64,000 bases of DNA from Planctomycetota bacterium (lineage in GTDB: Bacteria; Planctomycetota; Phycisphaerae; WQYP01): assembly GCA_021785435.1 (NCBI GenBank), contig JAJYFE010000003.1:1-64000 (forward strand), in the 5' to 3' direction. Shown here piece after piece: positions 56,599 through 64,000 of the stretch (the stretch's first letter is position 1; each line of letters begins with the position of its first letter). Below the pieces are notes generated by a model, which searched no databases, was not told the DNA's origin, and saw only the letters and a list, made by a program, of their open reading frames with translations. The translations under genes and the position numbers were made by a program.

Positions 56599-58019
56599 AC
56601 GCCAACGGGTCGGCGTGCGACGTGCTGGTGATCGGTGGGGGCGTCAGCGGCATGACCGCGGCCATTGAGGCTTCGGAGGCCGGCGTGCAGGTGCTGCTGG
56701 TCGAAAAGAATCCGTATCTGGGGGGGCGGGTGACAGCGCTGAATCAGTACTTTCCGAAGTTGTGCCCTCCACAGTGCGGACTGGAGATCAATCTCCGTCG
56801 CATTCGCACCAGCCCGCGGATCCGCACGATGACCTTGGCCAGTGTCGAAAAGGTCAGCGGCGGGGCGGGGCATTATCAGGTAACCATCCGCCGCCAACCC
56901 CGTGGGGTGAACGCCAAATGTACCGGATGCGGAGCCTGCGTGGCGGCCTGTCCCGTGGAACGGTCCGATGCATTCAACTTCGGTTTGAGCCGCACCAAGG
57001 CCATTTACTTGCCGTACGCGATGGCTTGGCCATTGCGTTACGTCATTGACGCGGCGGTTTGCCCGGGCCGCAGCTGCGGCAAGTGCGTGCCGGCTTGTCC
57101 TTACGGAGCCATCGAATTGGATGGACAACCCGAGGTCATGGAGCTGCCGGTCCGGGCGGTGATCTGGGCCACCGGTTGGAACCCCTATAACGCTGCGCTC
57201 ATCGACGGCCTGGGTTTTGGTCGTTACCCGAACGTCATCACCAACGTGATGTTGGAGCGGCTGGCGGCCCGGAATGGTCCGACGGGCGGCAAGATTCAGC
57301 GGCCATCGGATGGTTCAGCCGTGCAATCCGTCGCTTTCGTGCAGTGTGCCGGATCGCGCGACGAGCATTATCTGAAGCACTGTTCGGGCGTCTGTTGTAT
57401 GGTCTCGCTGAAACAGGCCCGTTACGTTCGGGAGCAATATCCGGAGGCTAAGATAAGCATTTTTTATATCGATTTGCGCACGCCGGGCCGGAATGAGGAC
57501 TTCCTGGCCTGGGCCCAGGCGGACGAAAAGATCGAATTCATCAAAGGCAAGGTGGCCAAAGTTACCGCGGCCAGCGGCGATAGCGACCTGGTGGTCGAAG
57601 CGGAGGACACTCTCGCCGGCCAGCGCATCAGCCGGAAGGTGAACCTGGTGGTGTTGGCCACCGGCATGGCGCCGGCGCTATCCGCTGAGCCGATCGCGGG
57701 CGGGGTGGCGTTGCAACGGGACCAACACGGATTTCTGGCGGAGGAACAACGCCAGGCGGGCCTGTTCGCAGCGGGCTGCGCCAAGCGGCCTGTGGATGTT
57801 GCCGAGTGCGTGCGTGACGCCACCGGCGCGGCTTTACAGGCCATCCAGGAATGCCATTTCTCGGGTGCGTCGGGGGCGCCTGCGGATAATGAAAATGTCG
57901 GCAACGCTGAATATACAGCCCCCGATCGAGGAGTCGCCTTTGGAGACCTTGCGGGGGTGGCGCCCCCGTCGACGCCTCAACCCGCCTCTTTTCAGAGCAG
58001 GGAGTACACCCGTGGATAA
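56595..58019 (+). CDS. qmoA: QmoA (HdrA-like flavoprotein)
   Basis: GGGVSG, YFPKLCPPQCG, QCAGSRD...CSGVCC; aprBA context. Confidence 0.9.
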   Translation: MNANGSACDVLVIGGGVSGMTAAIEASEAGVQVLLVEKNPYLGGRVTALNQYFPKLCPPQCGLEINLRRIRTSPRIRTMTLASVEKVSGGAGHYQVTIRRQPRGVNAKCTGCGACVAACPVERSDAFNFGLSRTKAIYLPYAMAWPLRYVIDAAVCPGRSCGKCVPACPYGAIELDGQPEVMELPVRAVIWATGWNPYNAALIDGLGFGRYPNVITNVMLERLAARNGPTGGKIQRPSDGSAVQSVAFVQCAGSRDEHYLKHCSGVCCMVSLKQARYVREQYPEAKISIFYIDLRTPGRNEDFLAWAQADEKIEFIKGKVAKVTAASGDSDLVVEAEDTLAGQRISRKVNLVVLATGMAPALSAEPIAGGVALQRDQHGFLAEEQRQAGLFAAGCAKRPVDVAECVRDATGAALQAIQECHFSGASGAPADNENVGNAEYTAPDRGVAFGDLAGVAPPSTPQPASFQSREYTRG

Positions 58020-60276
58020 CGCCATGAAAAACATCCACGTCTGGATCTGTCGGGGCTGCGACATCGGCCAGTCGTTGGACCTTGCCGCCCTGGAAAAAGT
58101 GGCCAAGGCCGCTGGCCATCGGGACCTGTCGGTCGCCTGCCATAGCCACGACTGTCTGTGCGGGGAAGCGGGGGCCGGGCAGCTGGCCCAAGCGGTGCGC
58201 GATGGCGCTAAAGCGCTGGTGGTGGCGGGCTGCTCGCCGCGGTTTAACGCCGATCAATTCACTTTCGATGGGTGCTTTACCGAGCGGGTGAATCTGCGCG
58301 AATTAGTGGTCTGGAGTCATCCCGCCCATAACGAAGACACCCAGATGCTCGCGGAAGACTATCTGCGGATGGGCATCGCCCGCGCCGGCAAAGCGATGAT
58401 TCCCGAACCGTTCCGGACGGAAATTGACAAGACCATTCTGGTCGTGGGTGGTGGGCCGACGGGCATGACGGCGGCGGCGGAAGCGGCGAAGGCGGGGTAT
58501 CAGGTGGTCCTGGTGGAAAAGGAGCCGCAACTTGGCGGCTGGCTGAAGCGCTTCAGCCGGCTGTTTCCCAAGCAGGCGCCGTATCGCGAGCTGGAGCCGG
58601 CGGATCTGGAGGGATACATCCGGCGGATTCAGGCGGATAAGCGCATCACCGTCTGCTGCGGCACGACGCTGGAGAAGGTCACGGGGGCGCCCGGTCAATT
58701 CGATGTGACGCTTAGCGGCCCTGGCGTCAGCCGGCGGATTCGGGTGGGAGCTATCGTCCAGGCTACCGGGTGGAAGCCCTACGACGCCACGCGGCTCGGT
58801 CACCTTGGTTACGGCCAAAGCCCCAACGTGATCACCAACGTGCAGATGGAGGAGCTGGCGGCCTCCGGCAAGATCCTCCGTCCCTCCGACGGTCAGCCGG
58901 CCCGACGGATTGCGTTCATCCAGTGCGCCGGGTCACGGGACAAGAATCATCTGCCGTATTGCTCGGCCGTCTGTTGCCGGGTGTCGCTCAAACAGGCTTT
59001 GTGGGTGCGGGAATTGGATCCACAGGCCCAGGCGTACATTTTTTACAAGGACATCCGTACCCCCGGGCAATATGAAGATTTCTACCGCCGCGTGCAGGAA
59101 GACCCGGGCATTGCGCTGACCAAGGGTGAGGTGGTTTCGGTGGAGGCCGCCGCGGGGGGAAACCTGATCGTTCACGTCAATAACACGTTGCTTGGTCCGC
59201 ACCTTCAGGTCGAAGCGGAGTTGGTGGTGCTGGCCACCGGCATGACGCCCGTGGCCGCGGATGGCGAAGCCATCCGCCGCCTCCGTGACGCGCAGGCGGT
59301 TATCGCCAAAGGCGAGGCGGGGGCGCAGTGGGACGCCGCCCAAGTGGCGGTGCGGGAATTGGCCGCGCACGAGGGTACCGCCATTCTCAATTTGGGCTAC
59401 CGCCAGGGACCGGATTTGCCGGCGCTGAAATACAGTTTCCCGGATTCGCACTTTATCTGCTTCCCGTATGAGAGCCGGCGGACCGGCATCTACGCCGCCG
59501 GTTGCATGCGCGCTCCGCAATGCACCGCGGCGAGCCGGCGTGACGCCACTGGGGCGGCGTTAAAGGCCATTCAGACGGTCGAACTGGCCAGCCGCGGAAT
59601 GGCCGTGCATCCGCGCTGGGAAGATCAGAGCTATCCCGACTTTTTCATGCAGCGGTGCACCCAGTGCAAGCGGTGCACCGAAGAGTGCCCGTTCGGCGCG
59701 CTGGACGAAGATCCGAAGGGCACCCCGCTGCCGAATCCCACCCGCTGCCGGCGGTGCGGCATCTGCCTGGGGGCCTGTCCGGAGCGGATCATCTCGTTTA
59801 AGGATTATTCCATCGACATTGTCTCGACCATGATCAAGTCCGTGCCAATCCCCGACCAGTTTGAGGAAAAGCCGCGGCTGCTGGGTCTGGTCTGCGAAAA
59901 TGACGCCTATCCCGCCCTGGATACCGCCGGTCTGCAACGCATTCCGCATAGCGCCTTTATCCGCTTTATTCCCGTGCGGTGCCTTGGTTCGGTGAATGTG
60001 GTATGGATTGCCGACGCCTTGGCGCGGGGGTTTGACGGCGTGCTGCTGGTCGGCTGCCAGTCGGGCGAGAACTACCAATGCCACTTTATCCGGGGCAGCG
60101 AATTGATGAAGACCCGCGGCCAGAACATCCGCGAGAAGCTGAAACAATTGGCCTTGGAGCAGGAGCGGGTGCGGGTGGAGGAATTGGCGATTTCAGAATT
60201 TCACCGCCTGCCGCAGATTGTCAATGAATTCGTGGAACAGATTCAGGAAATCGGCCTGAATCCGTTCAAGGAGTAA
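58012..60276 (+). CDS. qmoB: QmoB (HdrA-MvhD fusion)
   Basis: SHFICFPYE, CTQCKRCTEEC, CENDAYPALD, VRCLGS, YQCHFIRGSEL. Confidence 0.92.
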   Translation: MDNAMKNIHVWICRGCDIGQSLDLAALEKVAKAAGHRDLSVACHSHDCLCGEAGAGQLAQAVRDGAKALVVAGCSPRFNADQFTFDGCFTERVNLRELVVWSHPAHNEDTQMLAEDYLRMGIARAGKAMIPEPFRTEIDKTILVVGGGPTGMTAAAEAAKAGYQVVLVEKEPQLGGWLKRFSRLFPKQAPYRELEPADLEGYIRRIQADKRITVCCGTTLEKVTGAPGQFDVTLSGPGVSRRIRVGAIVQATGWKPYDATRLGHLGYGQSPNVITNVQMEELAASGKILRPSDGQPARRIAFIQCAGSRDKNHLPYCSAVCCRVSLKQALWVRELDPQAQAYIFYKDIRTPGQYEDFYRRVQEDPGIALTKGEVVSVEAAAGGNLIVHVNNTLLGPHLQVEAELVVLATGMTPVAADGEAIRRLRDAQAVIAKGEAGAQWDAAQVAVRELAAHEGTAILNLGYRQGPDLPALKYSFPDSHFICFPYESRRTGIYAAGCMRAPQCTAASRRDATGAALKAIQTVELASRGMAVHPRWEDQSYPDFFMQRCTQCKRCTEECPFGALDEDPKGTPLPNPTRCRRCGICLGACPERIISFKDYSIDIVSTMIKSVPIPDQFEEKPRLLGLVCENDAYPALDTAGLQRIPHSAFIRFIPVRCLGSVNVVWIADALARGFDGVLLVGCQSGENYQCHFIRGSELMKTRGQNIREKLKQLALEQERVRVEELAISEFHRLPQIVNEFVEQIQEIGLNPFKE

Positions 60277-61571
60277 TGGGCGTGGCCAGCATCAAGCCAT
60301 CCCTGGAGTTCAAGCGAGACCTGGTTGAATTCGGAGCCAATACGTTCAACCAGTGCTTTCAGTGCGCCACGTGTTCGACGGTTTGCCCGCTGTCGCCGGA
60401 AAAGGACCCGTTTCCCCGCAAGGAAATGCTCTGGCTGCAGTGGGGGTTGAAAGACCGGTTGATCCGGGATCCCGATATATGGTTGTGTCATTATTGCGGC
60501 CAATGTTCCCAGCACTGTCCGCGTGGCGCCAACCCCGGGGAAACGATGATGGCCCTGCGCCGGTGCGCGATCACACGCTACGATTGGACTGGGATTTCGC
60601 GGCGCCTGTATCGGTCCGTCTGGTGGGAAGTGGGGGCGGTGGTGGCGGTGGGTTTGCTGGTGGTGGCCTTGTTCGCACTTTCCGGGGCGTTTACCCCGGC
60701 GCGAATGGTCACCACCCGCGTGGCGATGGGAACTTTTATCCCGGTGCACTGGGTTCATATCTCCGACTGGGTCTTGGCCAGCCTGCTCACCTTTTTCCTT
60801 CTGACCAATTCCCTGCATATGGCCCGGCTGATGTTGGATGGCTCCAAACCACCCTGGTCGGTGTACGTCCGCCAGTTGAAGGTACTGCTGGCCCAGGCGC
60901 TCGTGCAGGCGAAATGGCGGAATTGTGAAAAGCCCAACCGCTGGCGGAAGCACTTTATACTGGTCACGGGCTACGTGACCATGTTCGTGCTGGTCATGTT
61001 TTTCCTACCGTGGCTGCAGGTCAATGGCCCGCGTTTCACGTTGCTGAGTTGGCTGGGCTATTACGCGGCCTTCGCCATCCTGTATTATTCTGGCGACGCG
61101 ATGATCAGCCGTTGGCGCAAACGCGAGGAGATGCACCGCTTTTCCCACGCCTCCGACTGGATGTTTTTAATTCTGTTGTTTTTGACCGCCCTGACCGGCA
61201 TTTTGGTCAACGCGTTCCGCCTGCTGGACCTGGCGTTGCCCGCGTACCTGACTTATGTCATTCATTTGGCCATCGCGGTGCCCATGCTGGTTGTGGAGGT
61301 TCCCTTTATGAAATGGGCCCACCTGGCCTATCGGCCGCTGGCCATTTATCTGAAGGCCGTGAAAGAGCAGACGCGGGAGCTGGAAGGGGCGGGGCGGTTG
61401 AGGGCCCTGCCGATGGCGACCGGGATAAGCGCGGGAATCGGCGCTCCGGCTGTATATAGCCCCCGGTCCGCACGGTGGTGGATCCGCTTCGGCGGACTTG
61501 CCGGGGGTGGACCTTCCGGCGGCGCTCCATCCCGGCGTTTTCAAGACGAATCACACGCCAACCAACGATAA
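60276..61571 (+). CDS. qmoC: QmoC (HdrC-like Fe-S plus membrane cytochrome b)
   Basis: CFQCATCSTVC, FPRKEM, WLCHYCGQC, TM helices, KWAHLAYRP. Confidence 0.92.
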   Translation: MGVASIKPSLEFKRDLVEFGANTFNQCFQCATCSTVCPLSPEKDPFPRKEMLWLQWGLKDRLIRDPDIWLCHYCGQCSQHCPRGANPGETMMALRRCAITRYDWTGISRRLYRSVWWEVGAVVAVGLLVVALFALSGAFTPARMVTTRVAMGTFIPVHWVHISDWVLASLLTFFLLTNSLHMARLMLDGSKPPWSVYVRQLKVLLAQALVQAKWRNCEKPNRWRKHFILVTGYVTMFVLVMFFLPWLQVNGPRFTLLSWLGYYAAFAILYYSGDAMISRWRKREEMHRFSHASDWMFLILLFLTALTGILVNAFRLLDLALPAYLTYVIHLAIAVPMLVVEVPFMKWAHLAYRPLAIYLKAVKEQTRELEGAGRLRALPMATGISAGIGAPAVYSPRSARWWIRFGGLAGGGPSGGAPSRRFQDESHANQR

Positions 61572-61582
61572 GGAGAATCTGT

Positions 61583-62803
61583 ATGAGTCCGATTAAACCC
61601 CATGGATCCGCAACGCTCCATCCCCTGTATGTCGCCGATGGCGCCCAACGGGCGGCCCTGCTGGATGCCGCCAGAAGCCTGCCGAAACTGGTGGTATGCT
61701 CGCAGGCGGCCGCCAACGCGGTGATGCTGGGCAGCGGCTATTTCAATCCGCTGACGGGTTACATGAATTTAGCTGATTCCCTGGCCGTGGCTGAAAATAT
61801 GCGGACCTCCGGCGGCCTGTTCTGGCCGGTCCCCATTATCAATGCGGTCAAGGATGCCGAAGCCATCCGCAGCGCCAAGCGTATCGCCCTGCTTGATCCC
61901 AATGTCGAGGGCAACCCCGTCCTGGCCATTCAGGACGTTACCGCCATCGACCAGGTCAGCGAGGCGCAGATGAAGCGGATAAGCGAAAAAGTGTTCCGCA
62001 CCACCGATCCGGCCCACCCGGGCGTAAAAAACTTTTTAGCCGCCGGAGCTTGCTTTATCGCCGGACCGATCCAGGTGCTGAATTACTCGTATTTCGCGGC
62101 ACAATTTCCAGAGACTTTCCGCACCGCCGGTCAGATTCGCGAGATGATCCGCCGGAATGGCTGGAACAAGGTGGTCGCTTTTCAGACGCGTAACCCGATG
62201 CACCGGGCCCATGAAGCGTTGGTCAAAATCGCCATGGAGCGCGTGGGGGCCGATGGGGCGGTCATCCACATGCTGCTGGGCAAACTGAAGCCCGGCGACA
62301 TTCCCGCCGAGGTTCGCGACGCCTGCATCCGCAAAATGGTCGAACTTTATTTCAAGCCCCGTACGGTGGAGATCACCGGTTATGGTTTTGACATGCTTTA
62401 CGCCGGCCCGCGCGAAGCGGTGCTGCACGCTGTCTTCCGCCAGAACATGGGCGCCACGCACTTGATCGTCGGGCGGGATCACGCGGGAGTGGGCAGTTAT
62501 TACGGACCGTTTGACGCGCAAAAGATTTTTCACGAGGAAGTGCCCGCCGGGGCTCTGCAAATTCAGATTTTCGAGGCCGACAACACCGCTTATTCGAAGG
62601 TGGTAGGCGAAGTAATCATGATGCGGGAGGCTCCCGCGGGGCATAAGAAAGAGGATTTTGTCATGCTTTCGGGCACCAAGGTGCGGGAAATGCTGGCCGC
62701 CGGGCAGAATCTGCCGCCCGAATTCGCCCGGCCGGAAGTGGCCAAAATCCTGATGCATTATTACCAGCGGGAAAAGGAAGCGGCCGCCGCGGGCGTGACG
62801 TAA
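61583..62803 (+). CDS. sat: Sulfate adenylyltransferase (dissimilatory-type Sat)
   Basis: FQTRNPMHRAHE, MLYAGPREAVLHA, IVGRDHAGVG, LSGTKVR, EFARPEVA. Confidence 0.96.
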   Translation: MSPIKPHGSATLHPLYVADGAQRAALLDAARSLPKLVVCSQAAANAVMLGSGYFNPLTGYMNLADSLAVAENMRTSGGLFWPVPIINAVKDAEAIRSAKRIALLDPNVEGNPVLAIQDVTAIDQVSEAQMKRISEKVFRTTDPAHPGVKNFLAAGACFIAGPIQVLNYSYFAAQFPETFRTAGQIREMIRRNGWNKVVAFQTRNPMHRAHEALVKIAMERVGADGAVIHMLLGKLKPGDIPAEVRDACIRKMVELYFKPRTVEITGYGFDMLYAGPREAVLHAVFRQNMGATHLIVGRDHAGVGSYYGPFDAQKIFHEEVPAGALQIQIFEADNTAYSKVVGEVIMMREAPAGHKKEDFVMLSGTKVREMLAAGQNLPPEFARPEVAKILMHYYQREKEAAAAGVT

Positions 62804-62858
62804 ACCGACGCCGCGCGTGGCGGGGGGAGTTGGTTCCCACCAGACCGGGAGACGCCAA

Positions 62859-63716
62859 ATGCGCTGGCCCTGCGTGCTGTTCATTCTCAAGGTCGCCGCG
62901 GCTTCGCTGCTCGGCGGCGTGATCGGCGCCATCAGCGGATTGGGCGGCGGTATCGTCATCGTACCGGTGCTCACGCTGTTCCTGCGCATACCCGTCGAGC
63001 AGGCCATCGGCGCCAGCGTGGTCTCGGTGATCGCGGTATCCAGCGGGGCCGGCTCGGTGTACGTGCGGGATCACATTACCAATGTTCGCATCGCCATGTT
63101 CCTGAATTTCTTTACCGTGGTGGGGGCGATCCTCGGGGCCGGCGTGCTGGTCAAGTTTCTGAATGACAACAGGCTCGAGATTCTGTTTGGCCTGACCCTG
63201 CTGCTGTCTCTGCTTCCCTTGCTGGCCCGAATGGCCGAGGAGCTGCCGCGGGGGGTGAAAAAAGATGATCGCTTGGCGCGCTGGCTCCAGATGCGGGGCT
63301 CGTACTTTGACCAAAGATTGCAGCGGGAGGTCCCGTATTGGGCCGAGCGGATTCCGACGGCCAGCGGGGTAATGACCGTGGCCGGATTGATGGCGGGAAT
63401 TCTGGGTATCGGGGCAGGTGTGCTTAAGGTGCTGGCTTTGGAGACGGGGATGCGTTTGCCGGTGAAGGTATCCACGGCCACGAGCAACTTCATGATCGGG
63501 GTGACCGCCGCCGCCGCCGCGGGGGTGTATTTGCACCGCGGTTTGGTGCTGCCGTTCGTGGTGGTGCCGGTCGCGGCCTCGGTGCTCCTGGGGGCATTAC
63601 TGGGCACCAAGATGATGGAGCGGATGTCCAACGTTTTGGTGCGAAAAATATTCGCAGTGGCGTTATTGGTTATGGGCGTGCAAATGCTGTTGAGCGGATT
63701 GGGTATGACGGTCTAG
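62859..63716 (+). CDS. TSUP (TauE/SafE) family transporter
   Basis: GLGGGIVIVP, AIGAS, GILGIGAG..KV, KVSTATSNFMIGVTA. Confidence 0.9.
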   Translation: MRWPCVLFILKVAAASLLGGVIGAISGLGGGIVIVPVLTLFLRIPVEQAIGASVVSVIAVSSGAGSVYVRDHITNVRIAMFLNFFTVVGAILGAGVLVKFLNDNRLEILFGLTLLLSLLPLLARMAEELPRGVKKDDRLARWLQMRGSYFDQRLQREVPYWAERIPTASGVMTVAGLMAGILGIGAGVLKVLALETGMRLPVKVSTATSNFMIGVTAAAAAGVYLHRGLVLPFVVVPVAASVLLGALLGTKMMERMSNVLVRKIFAVALLVMGVQMLLSGLGMTV

Positions 63717-63785
63717 GTCGTACGTTGGGCAGCGCGGCGGGCGGCCGACCGTGGTGCGGTCGGTGGCGTGGGGTGGAGGCGCATT

Positions 63786-64000
63786 ATGCCTTGGGCATGT
63801 TTCTTTTGTCTGCTGAAGATCGCCGTGGTTTCCCTGCTCGGCGGGGTGATCGGCGCGATCAGCGGGTTGGGTGGCGGCATCGTGATTGTGCCGATGTTGA
63901 CGCTATTCATGCATCTGCCCATTGAGCAGGCCATCGGCGCCAGCGTGGTCTCGGTGATCGCGGTATCCAGCGGGGCCGGCTCGGTGTACGTGCGGGATCA
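63786..64000 (+). CDS. Second TSUP paralogue (partial, runs off window)
   Basis: MPWACFFCLLKIAVVSLLGGVIGAISGLGGG...; 63924-64000 identical to 62997-63073. Confidence 0.85.
   Translation, partial: MPWACFFCLLKIAVVSLLGGVIGAISGLGGGIVIVPMLTLFMHLPIEQAIGASVVSVIAVSSGAGSVYVRD

Overview
GC-rich bacterial chromosomal window; protein style suggests Planctomycetota, but that is inference only. 1-29.6 kb is housekeeping and metabolic: ruvBA, adk, pssA, sixA, apt, proB, rpmA, astD/astB split by a decayed hicBA, ydbH plus a ynbE-ydbL fusion, a cobalamin-riboswitch-controlled anaerobic cbi operon, gpsA, a desaturase and a GT2. 29.66-33.7 kb is a ~4 kb decayed integrative element bounded by two near-complete tRNA-Leu(UAA) copies. 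It carries a MITE-disrupted tyrosine integrase, an intact Phd/RelE pair, a nonsense-interrupted Prim-Pol and an Xis-like HTH. 34.4-51 kb is a defence island on an SNF2-helicase / DUF1156 methylase / DUF499 ATPase scaffold, packed with Fic, zeta-like ATPase, ApeA-like HEPN, AAA_21+DUF4276, MNT-HEPN and GxxExxY cargo. The most striking feature is a complete REP-associated tyrosine transposase (RAYT) domain, bracketed by its own 61-bp REP doublets, sitting in frame inside the methylase. Other palindromic repeat families, including the inverted repeats of the GxxExxY cassette, are also translated inside the methylase and the ATPase. 51-64 kb is a sulfur cluster: cysC divergent from aprBA-(two accessory genes)-qmoABC-sat-TSUP-TSUP, with tandem Rex-type operators. 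Calls rest on motif recognition by eye; no searches were run.
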